Below are positions 11,515 through 25,124 of a stretch of DNA of 64,000 bases, in pieces. The notes under the pieces are model-generated. The model did not search any database and had not been told where the DNA came from. It saw only the letters and a program-made list of their open reading frames with translations. Each line of letters begins with the position of its first letter. Position 1 is the first letter of the stretch. Source of the DNA: Octopus sinensis (taxonomy: Eukaryota); contig NC_043012.1 of assembly GCF_006345805.1 (NCBI RefSeq), positions 37,696,001 through 37,760,000 on the forward strand, given 5' to 3'. The position numbers were made by a program, and so were the translations under genes.

Positions 11515-12234
11515 CTTAATTCCTATCTATAAGTGCTTTAATTTTTCTACATTTTTCTATGCTTTCTTCATAAAAAGAAAGGCTTTTACTTTTCTTTTTT
11601 TTTTCTTTTTCATGTTAATTTCGTTATTGTTTCAAGAGGAAATTCCATCCTTGATAAGGAATAAATCGAATGATTAAACCCAACACCAATATATTACTGG
11701 TATTTCACCAATCTCAAAGGCTGCAAACCAACAATATAATCTATATGTAGTCATTCGACCACTGTCAAGTCTCTCTCAAATCACATATTATTTATATTAG
11801 TAAAGGAAAGCTACATTGGATAATCCAGGTGGTCACATTTGGAACATCTTTGATCATAAGTCTACCCAATTAAAACCACCTTGTGCTAAACAACAACAAG
11901 CTCAATGATCAAACCAATTAAATCCTTACACACACACCAAACTTGTTAGAGGTAACAGCTAAATGTCCCAATGTGGTAGAAGGGGGGAGGGGGAGAGACT
12001 AGCTCATCAGATCGATCTCAGTACATAACTGGTATCTATTTTATCAACTGAAGACTAAATAAGTGATAGGCTTACAAAGAATAAAACCTTTCAAGGCAGT
12101 GGCTCCAGCAAGGCAGCAATCAAATGAGTGAAACAAATAAAAAGACAGAATAAAGAAAAATTATAAATATAGAACAAAAACAAAGGCCCAATTCATTGGT
12201 TTTTGCTTTATTTTTTTGTTTTGCTTTTTTACTC

Positions 12235-12625
12235 TCTTTTACTTGTTTCAGTCACTTGACTGTGGTCATGCTGGAGTACTGCCTTCAGTCACGCAAATTG
12301 ACCCCAGGACTTATTCTTTGTAAGCCTAGTACTTATTCTATCGGTCTCTTTTGCCAAACCGCTAAGTTACAGAGATGTAAACACACCAGCATCAGTTGTC
12401 AAGTGATGTTGGGGGGGGGGGCACAGACACACAAACATATACACACACATACATATATATATTTATACGACAGGCTTCTTACAGTTTCCGTTTACCAAAT
12501 CCACTCACAAGGCTTTGGTCGGCCCGAAGCTATAGTAGAAGACACTTGCCCAAGGTGCCACGCAGTGGGACTGAACCCGGAACCATATGGTTCGTAAGCA
12601 AGCTACTTACCACACAGCCACTCCT
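12235..12625 (-). mobile_element. tRNA-derived SINE, family B (near full length)
   Basis: Head GGAGTGGCTGTGTGGTAAG...GGTTCAGTCCCACTGCGTGGCAC on the minus strand; tail CAGCATGACCACAGTCAAGTGACTGAAACAAG. Confidence 0.9.
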
Positions 12626-12875
12626 ATATTTGTATTTTTTTTTGTATGGCAAATCCAAGTGTTTCAGAACCGCCCATCTACTTCTACACCAGAAGACACA
12701 CCACCACCACCACCACAACACATTGCCATCATATTCATTGATCTTTGCAAAACAAATCATCACCTGTCACATTTATTATCTGTTACCATGTTTACACATC
12801 GTGATATATTACCACCACCATCATCATCATCATCATTACCACTATCATGGTCCTCATCATTGAACGTCACCTCCC

Positions 12876-12910
<35 letters not shown>

Positions 12911-13308
12911 TCAGCTGTTGATATTCCATCAACAGTCCCAGAGTCAATCAACCGCTTTAATCTTCATTAAAACCTGATTAGCATCTCTGGTTCTTTGATC
13001 AGTTACAGAGAAGTAAAGAAGAAAAAAACACACACACACACAATGGAGTAAGATTAATAAACAGAGATAATTAACAATAAGCATAGATTACACGATCGGA
13101 ATTTTTATCTCTTCTCTGCATGCAACCATGTTTACAATTACACATGTGTGTTTGTAGTTATTTATGTATGTGGATATTTATGCGTGCGCGTGTGTGTGTA
13201 TGCGTGTGCATGTGTTAGTGGTTACTTATGTGTATATATTTAAGAGTAGTTATGTATGTGTGAGTGGTTATTGTGTGAGAAAATGCATGCTTATATAGCT
13301 TGTCCGGT

Positions 13309-13357
13309 ATGAGTGCAGCCAGTCTCACCTCAGATGAGTGCAGCCAGTCTCACCTCA
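13309..13357. repeat. Perfect 24-bp tandem duplication (period 25)
   Basis: ATGAGTGCAGCCAGTCTCACCTCA occurs twice. Confidence 0.95.
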
Positions 13358-14874
13358 TCTCAACAACTGTAATCCTACTCCTATTTACATCACATTTCAA
13401 GTGTGATTTGCCTTAGAACTGCCGTGTAGCCACACCCACCACATAAGCAGAAATGTCCCCTCCTTCACCACCACCATCTTTATTCTGCAATAAACACTTA
13501 ATAACCTGACCCCTTCACTTTACATCTACCTAGCTGGCTGGCTAGCTGGCTGGTTGGTTGGTATCCCTTGTTTGTAATTAAAAAGGAAATACAAAAAATA
13601 TAGAGAAGCTGAAGTGAATCCAAAATATCTTGGTATTCTCTCTTGATAAATAATTCCAATCTACCATCTTCACGACTCATATTGCTATAATCATAACAGT
13701 GGTGCTACAACCACCACCACCACCACCACTACCATAGAAGTACTATAACCACAACAGTGGTTCCACTGCTACCACCATGTTATCACTACAATAATAGTGG
13801 TAGTAGCACTACCACCAACACCACCACACTACTGTCATACTACCACCACCAGCAACACCACAATAAAGAAGAATTTCATCTACTTCCACACCCACACCCC
13901 TATGTACAAAGGGAATACTAAAATGTATTTACATTTGTTTAAAGTTCCACAGTGAAATACTTAAAAATTGTAGCTTAACCACTTTAAATTGATCTTCAGT
14001 TTTCTAATGTGTGTGTTGTGCAGAAATATTAACTGGTAGTTCAATGTGCTACAAATAGCAGCTAAATCTCCCTCAAATCACACCCTACCTCACTTTCTTA
14101 AAAAGCAAAAACAGAAATGAAGGACAGACTGGATGGCGAAGATCTAAATACATCAATTAGAAAAGAAGACAGAATGGCCACAACTGGAGCAACTTTGACT
14201 GAGCTAACCTAGGGCTGAACAATGATACAATGATGCAGAAAATATTACTAACTAATTAAGATAATGAAGAAATTTATACCAGTTGCATTAATTAATTCAC
14301 ACCACTTGTGATAATTAACCGTAAATATGGCTGTGTCATTAAGAAGTTCATTTCATAATTAAGTAGTTTTGATTTCAGTTTCAGTGTATAACACCTTAGG
14401 CAAGAATCTCTACTATGTAACTTCAGCTGAAAGCAAAGCTCATTAGTGAAATTGAATCAGTAACATCATCATCATCTAACACCCACTTTTCCCAAGAGTC
14501 AGACAGAATCCTTTCAGGCGTATTTTTCTACAGTCAGATGCCCTTCCTGTTGCCAACCCTTACCTGTTTCCTGGCAAGGTAATATTTCCCCGTGGCCAGA
14601 CATCATTTTCATTAAAGACTGGAAAATGAACCACACTGCTTGTATGACGGTGACTCTCGTCTACGACCATCACACGTCAAGACAAAGGTACACACAAACA
14701 TAAATGTAGACATATATAAAGTGGTTGGCATTAGGAGGGGCCTCAAGCAGGAGAAGCCATGCCAAAGATGACACTGGAGATCAGTTCAGCCCTGTAGGTC
14801 ACCAATTTCTTGTCAAACCATCCAACCCATGTCAGCATGCAAAGCGGACATTAACTAATGATGATGATGAGATT

Positions 14875-14903
14875 TTATATAAATATATACATATATATAT
14901 GTA

Positions 14904-14934
<31 letters not shown>

Positions 14935-15035
14935 GTATGTATATATATATATACATATATATATGTATGTATATATACGTATATACATATATATATGTAT
15001 GTATATATACGTATATACATATATATATGTATGTA
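14875..15035. repeat. (TA)/(TATG)/(TACG) compound microsatellite
   Basis: Direct reading. Confidence 0.95.
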
Positions 15036-15039
15036 TTAG

Positions 15040-15278
15040 GTAGGAGGGGCTCTGAAAAGAAACTGAGGTTGGGAGTGAGCAAGGGCCTGCTCCCCGCAGA
15101 AAATCCAGCTCCAAAAAAGCCTCATGATAGCAAAGGAGAATGGACACCTGCCAGCCAGCCCAAAGGTTGGGGTGGGATGCACCTGTCTACCTTGGTTGCT
15201 ATGGCATTGAAGTAGATCTGGCCACCCCTGTTAATGGAGACAAAACCTGGATTTAAAAGACTGGATGATGATGATGAT
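15040..15278 (+). mobile_element. Short non-autonomous retroelement with (GAT)n tail, probably an internally deleted RTE-type LINE derivative
   Basis: Collinear with the longer minus-strand copy at 30775-31140 but lacks its middle segment. Ends GATCTGGCCACCCCTG...GATGATGATGAT. Confidence 0.6.
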
Positions 15279-15374
15279 ATGTAGAAAATTTCTATTTGTA
15301 AATCTCTTAATGAGAGATATTCAGTAACAGTACTCTAGAGTAAAGATTATTTACCAACATAACGTGGCAGTCGG

Positions 15375-15594
15375 ATGTAACTGTTATTTAGCCCTAGGAA
15401 ACATTGTCTCCAGCTGGCTATATGACACAATAGCCAAACAGTTATTCTGTGCTGATGAAGGGAAATAATATACAGATATTGCTTTGAGCTGAGTGGGGAT
15501 GCTAAGCTCCCTTGTTCGAATATATAAGGACACAGATATTGTGTCATATAGCCAGCTGGAGACGATATTTCCTGGGGCTAAATTACAGTAACAT
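15375..15594. mobile_element. MITE-like element with ~57-bp inverted arms
   Basis: 15375-15431 and 15538-15594 are reverse complements with about six mismatches. Confidence 0.8.
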
Positions 15595-15914
15595 TAACAA
15601 ATAATCTCAGTGTGTTCAAGTAAAACCCTTCAAGGTTAGTACCCCAATGGATGGTTGCTGTCCAATGACTGGAGCAAGTGAAAGACAAGGGAAGACCACT
15701 GAGAGGGGAGAGAAAGGGAATTCCAAAGGGGTGAGGGTGGGGGTGGAGTCAAGAAATGCCCACTTTTATTCATTCATTTCCATCAATATTTTTAAACTAG
15801 TAGTAGTAGTAGTATAGACCCCTGGTAAACAGTAATCCATTAGGCCTATGACTAAAAGCATTCCAGCCATGACCATCTCAGCATCATGTCTTGTTCTTGT
15901 TTCGTTTTTTCATG

Positions 15915-16160
15915 TAGTGTGTCCTTAAGCAAGACACTTTATTTCACATTGCTCCAGTCCACTCAGCTGGCAAAAATGAGTTGTATTTCTAAGGGCCAGC
16001 TTTGTCACATTCTGTGTCAGGTTGAATCTCCCTGAGAACTATGTTAAGGGTACATGTGTCTGTGGAGTGCTCGGCCATATGCACGTTAATTTCATGAGCA
16101 GGCTGTTCCGTTGATCGGATCAACTGGGACACTCGTTGTCCAAAGCGACGGAGTGCCAGT
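15915..16160 (+). mobile_element. Old SINE-like repeat
   Basis: GTGTCCTTAAGCAAGACAC...CAGTCCACTCAGCTGG...GGGTACATGTGTCTGTGGAGTGCTC; a diverged copy lies at ~54170-54400. Confidence 0.6.
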
Positions 16161-16429
16161 CAAGCATCTAAGACTACAGCATCTAATGTGTTCTTGCCTG
16201 TAGGCCATGTAATAGGAAAGAAACTTGGCCCCTACATCTAGGATGTTTCAACAAAATGTCTGCGAAATTGGAACAAGTTCTTTTGGGAGAACACATTCAT
16301 TAAATGCCTTGGAGAAAGAATTTATTCCAAAGAGAAAGAAATTTTAATAAGTTTTCAATGGCAGTAAATAAACAGGTATTGGATGGTGATTGTAATATAT
16401 TTCTTGAAACTGATTCTGTCCAATTTGGT

Positions 16430-16800
16430 TTTTGTGCCCTATGGTCACTGGATGTGGGGCAATGACCAAAAAGAAAAAAAAAAAATCGCAAATACAAGTG
16501 GCCAAAATGGAATTCCTCCAAAGGGTCTCTGCAATAACATTATTCAACAGGTTACATAGCTCAAAGATCAGGAAATCTCTCCATGTTGAGTTGCCACTTC
16601 TCCACATTGAGAAGTCACAGTTTTTGGCACTACAAACACGTGATTAGAATGTTGCAAGAAAGAATCACAAGATCGATTCTTCAGATGGAGCCAACAAGAA
16701 GGACACCTAAGAGTAGACATAGTAAGAACTGAGACAATGGACAATGTCCAGTCTGAGTTGGTCAGGCGAAAGAATCCAGCTGGGAAATGTAATGACATTT
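16430..16800 (+). pseudogene. RTE-clade LINE ORF C-terminal fragment (Expander/Rex3-like), decayed
   Basis: Translation MTKKKKKKSQIQVAKMEFLQRVSAITLFNRLHSSKIRKSLHVELPLLHIEKSQF resembles the post-RT RTE motif (IQAAEM.FLRRV.G...IR..L.VEPLLL.IE.SQLRW). Confidence 0.75.
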
Positions 16801-17602
16801 GCTTCTGGGAGAACGTTTATGGCAGCTCTGCTATCCCCACCCACCCATGACCCTCCCAGGAACAACAGGCATAGATGGTGGGTGGATGGCGGGATGGATG
16901 AATTGAACAGGTAAGTAAATAGATATTTAACAGGTACATAAAGAGATATAGTGGTGGGTGTGAAGAGGGCAGTGCTAATGGTGCAATAGTAGGAGGAGGA
17001 GGAGGAGGAGGAGCAAGCAAGAGGAATGGATGTCGGGGGGGGGGGGTAGAGTTGGTGGGGAAGCAAGATAAGAAACTATTACGAATTCAGATTTCCTTAC
17101 TTCAAGAATGCCAGTAGCAAACAGGAAGTAGCTATGTTATGAAGCAAGAGTAAGAAAACAGACAAAAACAAAACCAGAAAACCTGGCCACAGTGCCAATC
17201 CTGTATGGAGGGAAGAGAGAGAGAGAGAGAGAGAGAGAGCACATGAATTATAGCTGTTTACATATCTGTGTGTGTGTGTGTGTATGTGCATGTACCTACA
17301 TACACACACACACGCACATATATATATATATGTGCGTGTGTGTGTGTCTCAGCATATACACATACACATTTGTGTGTATGTTTGCTTATGAATACATGAG
17401 AACTTACACATGTTGATATATGCGTTTATGCACATTATACATATACACCAACGCATCAGCACGTGCCTGCACATTTACAAAACAGATACACATATAAGAC
17501 AAGGTTCTTCGCAATAACAGTGTAGCACAAAACGCTGGTGCATCAGCATGGCCGAAGCTCTGAGCTGAAACTAGAAAATATATATATATATATATATATG
17601 CG

Positions 17603-17634
<32 letters not shown>

Positions 17635-17638
17635 TATG

Positions 17639-17669
<31 letters not shown>

Positions 17670-17857
17670 TTTGCTTTCTTGTTTGGATTAACTATATATA
17701 TATATACATACATATACACACATATAATACATATATATATACATACATATATACACATATATATAATTATTATTTGAGGGAATAAAATCCAAACTTACAA
17801 GGAAAAAGAATTCAATTTAGAAATACTAAATCAAATTCCATACAATATAATATATAA

Positions 17858-18172
17858 ATAAAATATTAGAAAAAAACCACCTTTTATCAATTCAAAATGA
17901 ATAATTAAATTACACCATCTAGAAAATTACATATAATAGAAAAGTTAAAATTAAGAGAGCAATTAAAAAGTAAAGATTAAGTAAATTACAAAAATAATAT
18001 AATGTATATAATAGGTATATTTTATACATTATATTATTTTTGTAATATACTTAATCTTTACTTTTAATTGCTCTCTTAATTTTAACTTTTCTATTATATG
18101 TAATTTTCTAGATGGTGTAATTTAATTATTCATTTTGAATTGATAAAAGGTGGTTTTTTTCTAATATTTTAT
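17858..18172. repeat. Long AT-rich foldback palindrome (~151-bp arms, 14-nt spacer)
   Basis: 17858-18008 versus 18023-18172 differ by about one substitution and one 1-bp indel. Confidence 0.95.
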
Positions 18173-18174
18173 AT

Positions 18175-18242
<68 letters not shown>

Positions 18243-18424
18243 ATGCACACACACATATACATACATTATTTATGATACAAGAGCATGTGTGGGGTTTGGG
18301 CATGCTTATGTAGCTTTCTGAGAATATAGATGTTAATTTTATGTGCATGTATGCATATATACATGCACACACACACATAGACACACATACGTACACACAC
18401 ATATATACACACACACACTCTCAC

Positions 18425-18460
<36 letters not shown>

Positions 18461-18993
18461 CACACACACCTATACATACACAATACTTTTTTATATACAT
18501 ACAAAAAGAGTAGAGGAAGATGTATATATATAGACACACACACACATACACAAAGACATACGCATGCACACAGTGACACAAATATAAACCGAAGTTCAAT
18601 GCCTAAACATACACAATAAAATACCTCCTCACCCCCACACTCCCCACCAACACCACCACCTCTCTTTCCACAAAGTAACTTTACAGGTTTAGTCAGCCTA
18701 AACTATTCCCAAACCATTTACATCACAAACAGTCCAGCTCTGCTCAAAGGTGGTAATACACCAAAAACAATTTGGTAATTCCACCATTAGCACCAACAGA
18801 CTATCAGTTGTTACTACGCATTCTTCTTGGAGATTAGCAAAGGAAACATACAAGGTCATTATATATATATATATATATAAACACACATAAATGAACCCAT
18901 ATTTTTATATACATATAAAGTATAAGACATAAATATGTATGTATGTATGTAAACAGGCATAAATGTACCAATATATATAAACGCATAAATTTA

Positions 18994-19037
<44 letters not shown>

Positions 19038-19497
19038 CATACACACACAAGTAATGCAAATAAAAATTGAATTACTTTGACTCACCTTTGTATGTACATG
19101 CATGTTTGTGTGTGTGTGTATATATATATATATACAAACACACAGACATCCCACACTTATATACATATATACTTATTTATGTATGTATGTCTGTATGTAT
19201 ATATATATGCATACACCCCCATAAATATATATACATACACATGCATATATATATATATATATATACACACACACTCCTACCCCTAAATACATGCACACAC
19301 ACATATAATATACATATACAAATATATATATATTTATATACTTACCTATATAGATGCCTCCACTTACATATTTTCACATACACACATACATACGTACGTG
19401 TGTATATACATACACACACACTCATCTCTCATCTGATGCTGCAGTGACAAATAAGAGAAATCGTTGTTATTGTTGTAGTTATTATTATTATTATTAA

Positions 19498-19800
19498 AGC
19501 GGCAAGCTGACAATCGTTAGCAGGCCATGCAAAATGCTTCGGGGCATTTTGTCTGTCTTCACATTCTTAGTTCAAATGTTGCCAAGGTCAATTTTACTTT
19601 CCATCCTTTCAGTGTCGGTAAATTAAATACCAGTTACACACTGGGGTCAATGTAATCGACTGGTTCCCTTCCCAAAAAGCTTACTAACCCCACCCACGTC
19701 AACATTCCCTTTCGCTCTTTCAATAAGCACCCATTTAGCACTGAAGCCGATGTAACTGACCTCACCCTCCCTTCAAAATTGCGGGCCTTGAGCCAAAAAT
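19498..19800 (+). mobile_element. Family A SINE, decayed or interrupted
   Basis: GGCAAGCTGACAATCGTTAGC ... GCGGGCCTTGAGCC. Confidence 0.75.
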
Positions 19801-20282
19801 TATTATTATTATTGGTGTTATTATTATTGTTATTGTTTTTATTATCCTATCTAACCAGGCCAAACACTCAGGGAATAAGTACTTGCGCTACCCTTCTCGT
19901 TTCTGTAAGAGAAACCACATAATACTTCTTATATAAGAAACACAAACAAGAAGGTTGTGCATGGCATGCTAAAAACAGCAGCCCAATCTTTCTCAAATCG
20001 CACCCTATCATCTTAACATAGAAGGGACATGTAGGACATGTTATAGTCCAAGTTGTACAAAAAGGCAAGAGGGTCAAGACCAGATTTTTTCCTTTGTATT
20101 TTTTTTTTTGTTGTTCATAGGTCTGCTAGATCAGGGTTGACTTGGGGCCAAAATAATAAAAAAACACTCCTGAGAACCACACACACATACATTTGCACAC
20201 ACATTCATACATGTGTCAAGTCTTGTAAAGGGGACACAAGGACCCCTTCTTTTCTTACCATTAGATTAATTCAGTAAGTGTA

Positions 20283-20640
20283 GGCAAGGCTGTATGGTAA
20301 GAACATTGCTTCCCAACCACACTGTGCCAAGCTCAATCCCACTGCATGGCACCAAGGGCCATAGCCTCAACTTACGAGTGGATTTGGTAGATGGAAACTG
20401 AGAGAAACCCATCTTATATGTGTGTGTGTGTGTGTGTCTGTGTTTGTCCCCCACCACCACTTGTCAACCAGTGTTGGTGTGTTTACATCCCCATAACTTA
20501 TCAGTTTGGCAAAAAGAGATCAATAGAATAAGAACCAGGCTTAAAAGGAAATAAAAGTGTCAATTCCTTCGACAGAAACATTTTACTAGGCAGTGCCCCA
20601 GCATGGCCACAGTCTAATGACTGAAACAAGCAAAAGACAA
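20283..20640 (+). mobile_element. Family B SINE
   Basis: Head GGCTGTATGGTAAG; tail CAGTGCCCCAGCATGGCCACAGTCTAATGACTGAAACAAG. Confidence 0.85.
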
Positions 20641-21282
20641 ATGAGAAAAGACTTTAGTCTCTGCCACCGCCACCACCACCACCAACAACAACAACAACCT
20701 CCATCCCCACAAAACACAGGGACCCTTCATTTTCACCTTTTAATTTCACTTTTTAATTGTTGTGAGTTTAATGAGCAGGAAGAGGGTAGAACACAAAAGA
20801 TGTCAGAAAAATAAAAGAAAAAGGTGGGGGGGTGATGGCGGGGGGAAGGGGGCAATAAAACAGAAATGAAAGAGAAAAATATATAAATAAACTTTGTTTA
20901 ATGTTTTTTTCCTTTTGTTTTGTTTTTTTTTCAGATTCAAAAGTAAAACTCTTTAAAAAAATATAAAAAAGATAAAAGCAAAACAAAAATTCCAAAGGAA
21001 AAAAAAATGGAGTCAAAAGGGAGTGGAAAAAGGGTTAGTGAGACATGCCAAAGAAACTGAAATCCATTGGTATTTTTCTGGATCATTAGTCAATAATTTC
21101 TTTTTTTTTTATTTGGTCTTCAAGGTATTGTTTTATTTGTTGGTTTGACAGCCGTGATTCACTACAATTTCCTTTCAAATCCACAGAGCACGAAATGTAT
21201 AAATGTTATCAAACAGGAATTGTTTGTTCTCACAATCTCTCTCTCTCTTTTTCTTTCTCTCATGCATGCATATATCATCATC

Positions 21283-21710
21283 ATCGTCGTCGTCATCTAA
21301 CATCCATTTATCCATGCTGGCATGGGTTGGATGGTTCAGTAGGAGCTGACAAGCCAGAGAGCTACACCAGGCTCCATTTGTCTGCTTCGGCATGGCATAA
21401 CATGGTTTGTATGGCTAGAGGCCCTTCCTAACGCCAACCACTTTACAGAGTGCACTGGGTGCTTTTTATGTGGCACCCACACAGGGGCTTTTTACATGGC
21501 ATATATATATATATATATATATATATAGCACGTAAAAAGCACTCACTACACTCACGGAGTGGTTGGCGTTAGGAAGGGCATCCAGCCGTAGAAACATTGC
21601 CAGATCAGACTAGAGCCTGGTGCAGCCTCCTGGCTTCCCGAACCCCAGTCAAATCGTTTAACCCATGCTACCATGGAAAATGGACGTTAAACAATAATGA
21701 TGATGATGAT
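21283..21710. mobile_element. Two family C SINE copies head-to-head (21283-21500 minus, 21528-21710 plus) separated by (TA)n
   Basis: (CAT)n tail at the left end and (GAT)n tail at the right end; shared GGAAGGGCATCCAGC core in opposite orientations. Confidence 0.85.
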
Positions 21711-22103
21711 ATGTGTGTGTGTATCCTTTATCTGTTTCAGTCATTGGACAGCAGCCATGCTGGGGCACCAACTTAAAAGGTTTAGTCAAACAAACCAATC
21801 ACAGTACTTATTTCTTCTTTTGTTTTCTTTTTGTTATGAAGCCTGCTACTTATTCTATCATTCCCTTTTTACTGAACTGCCAAGTTACAGCAATGTAGAT
21901 ACAAACCAACACTGGTTGTCAAGTACCAGCACAGGACAAACACAAAGACACGCACGCACACGCACACACACAAACAAAGAATGTGAGGGGTTTAACTCAC
22001 TTGTGATCTAAATCAACAGGTACTCTGGGTAAGTGATATAGTTGGTCAACCATTAGATCCCAAAATCCATGTTAGGGTTCCATTTTAGCATGTATATATC
22101 ACA

Positions 22104-22536
22104 GAGGAAAAATCAAAACCAAGGCAGAACAAGTATCTCAAGTCATTTAAAATAATTTAATTAGGGTAAGGTGAATTTGAAGTCTTACAACTGTTTCTGG
22201 GATAACCCAAGTGGTTGGTTAGCATGTCCATGCACTGGGAATTCTGTTATCAGAGACAAGGTGTGAATATTTTAGACAGGGAAAATTTAGAGTTTAGAAG
22301 GAATAAAACTCACAGCATATAAGGATGTGGATTTTATTCCTTCTTAACTCTAAATTTTCCCTGTCTAAAATATTCACACCTTGTCTCTAATGACGGACTA
22401 CCCAGTGCGTGGAGATGCTAACCTACAACTTGGGTTATCCCAGAAACAGCTGTAAGACTTCAAATTCACCTTACCCTAATTAAATTATTTTAAATGACTT
22501 GAGATACTCATTCTGCCTTAATTTTCATTTTTCCTC
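22104..22536. repeat. Imperfect foldback palindrome (~205-bp arms, 23-nt spacer)
   Basis: 22104-22308 versus 22332-22536 are reverse-complementary with scattered mismatches. Confidence 0.92.
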
Positions 22537-22918
22537 AAATATAATACAACATATATATATATATCTTCAGCATGATCACAGTCAAATGACTGAAACAAAT
22601 AAAAGCATAAAAGAAACTATATCATTGGCACTTAGTTGGTACTCTTTTTATTTCAACTGTTACGCATGTTTCTGTACTCAGCAACACAGAACATCATACT
22701 AGAGATGCCGGCATAGTAAGTAAACACATCGTCAGACAGTTGTGCGTTTGCTCACTGTGCTTACCCTATTGGTTGCATTTACAGTGTGACGTCATGCATT
22801 GCTGAATACTGAAACATATGTAACAATGGAAATAAAGGAGGACCAAGTCAATGGGCCATGTCCTCTTATTATTATTGCTGTTCTCTTTGTATTAGGTCAT
22901 ACTCCACCCTCGAATACA

Positions 22919-23074
22919 GGCTGTGTGGTAAGTGGCTTGCTTACCAACCACATGGTTCTGGGTTCAGTCCCACTGCGTGGCACTTTGGGCAAGTGTCTTC
23001 TACTATAGCCTCGGGCTGATCAAGGCCTTGTGAGTGGATTCATTGGGTAGATGGAAACTGAAAGAAGCCCGTCG

Positions 23075-23105
<31 letters not shown>

Positions 23106-23320
23106 GTATGTTTGTATATGTTTGTGTGTCTGTGTTTGTCCCCGCCCAACATCACTTGACAACCAATGCTGGTGTGTTTATGCCCCCTTAACTTAGTGGT
23201 TCGGCAAGAGAGACCGATAGAATAAGTACTAGGTTTACAAAGAATAAGTCCTGGGGTCGATTTGCTCAGCTAAAGGAGGTGCTCCTGCATGGCCGCAGTC
23301 AAATGACTGAAAAGAATAAA
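22919..23320 (+). mobile_element. Family B SINE (near full length)
   Basis: tRNA-like head GGCTGTGTGGTAAGTGG...GGTTCAGTCCCACTGCGTGGCAC, an internal (TA)/(TG) tract, and tail CATGGCCGCAGTCAAATGACTGAAA. Confidence 0.9.
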
Positions 23321-23379
23321 GGAATATATATATATATATATATATTTCCATATATTTATTTGTATATATTTCTGTTTTA

Positions 23380-23679
23380 TTCTTTTACTTGCTTTAGTCA
23401 TTTTGACTGTGGCCTTGCTGAGGCACCACCTTGAAGTGTTTTTTTTAGTCAAAGCAATTGCTAAATTACAGGGACATAAACACACCAACATAGGTTGGTT
23501 GTCAAGCAACAGTGGGAGGAGAAACGGACACAAAGGCACATACATGCACAGACACACGCACAAATATATATTTGCGTGGCATCTTGGTCAAGTGTTTTCT
23601 GCTATAGCCCTGGGCCGACCAATGCCTTGTGGGTGGATTTGGTAGACGGAAACTGAAAGAAGCCTGTCGTATATATGTG

Positions 23680-23710
<31 letters not shown>

Positions 23711-24100
23711 TTCTATGTCTGTGTTTGTCCCCTTTGCATTGCTTGACAACCGATGCTGGTGTGTTTACGTCCCCCCGTCACCTAGCGGTTCGGCAAAAGA
23801 GACCGATAGAATAAGTACTGGGCTTACAAAGATTAAGTCCCGGGGTCGATTTGCTCGACTAAAGGCGGTGCTCCAGCATGGCCGCAGTCAAATGACTGAA
23901 ACAAGTAAAAGAAAGAAAAGAATATATATATATATATGGGCTTTTTTCAGTTTCCATCTACCAAATCCATTCACAAGACTTCGCTCAGTCTAAGGCTATA
24001 GTAGGAGACACTTGCCCAAGGTGCCACACAGAGAGAAACTGAACATGGAACCATGTGGTTGGAAAGCAAGATTTTTACTACACAGCCATGCCTGCGCCTA
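23380..24100. mobile_element. Cluster of family B SINE pieces (minus 23380-23560, plus 23575-23915, minus 23945-24100)
   Basis: Matches to the body and tail of 22919-23320. Confidence 0.85.
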
Positions 24101-24554
24101 TAAATATATTTTTCTATGATATAATGTAACTTCCACTTCTACATGGTGATTATTTTACCTTTGGGTACGTACACACATATGTTTCTTAGTTTCAGCCCAC
24201 CAGATCCACTCACAAGGCCTTGGTCAGTGTGAAGCTATAATGGAAGACTTGCCCAAGGTGCCATGCAATGGGACTGATCCCAGAAGTGTGTAGCTAGGAA
24301 GCAAATTTCTTGCTACATAGCTGCGCCCAGCAAGGAGATACAAGTACGCACTCAACTCATACATGTGTACCATTTAACCAAAATCCCCCCAAAATTCTTT
24401 TCTCACTATCCTTGCCATCATTAATTTCTTGTAAATCTCATTTTTCATGAGATTGGTGGGGAGTGGGTCAAGTAGGGTGCCACCATACATCCACACAAAC
24501 ACCCAAATTTGTGGGCATTCTGCTATTTGAAAATTAGCTGCTTCAACACCAACC

Positions 24555-24593
<39 letters not shown>

Positions 24594-25124
24594 TTTATAT
24601 ATATATACACACACACACACATTTATTTATATATATATATATATAAACACACATAGAGCAAGAGAGAGATGAGTTACTGCTTCTCTCAACGAACACACAT
24701 TCTGAGTCATATGTTTACAATTAACAATATAACTCTTTTCAAAATGCTTTAGCTTCTATCAATGTACTGCACCAATTTCTCTCGGCTTATTATTATTGAC
24801 TCTATATTTTTATACACACACACACACACACATGCACGCATATACATACAGACAGAGCAAAGTGACATCTGCTGGGTTCTAAACTTGTAGTCATTAGTTT
24901 GAATGTCTGCTGCTTTCCATGTTTGACATTGATCAATATATTCTATTCCGTGAAACCAAGCTGTCTAGTCTCATTTATTTATTGTTAATAAATTTTAGTC
25001 CAGTTTCATACAACTTCCTAAGGTTCTCCCTCCCACCCTGCTCACACACACACATATATAGAGAGAGAGAGATTGGGGGAGATAGATGGATAAAGATAAA
25101 TATATCCATACACCTATACATATG

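Noticed and set aside
22760-22800. Promoter (inverted CCAAT at 22768-22772, CRE TGACGTCA at 22787-22794)
   Set aside because: Short motifs are expected by chance in 64 kb, and there is no supported downstream gene or CpG island.
22919-22990. tRNA genes at SINE heads (also 9975-10023, 10657 and others)
   Set aside because: A/B-box-like motifs are present but there is no complete cloverleaf, and each runs into a multi-copy SINE body.
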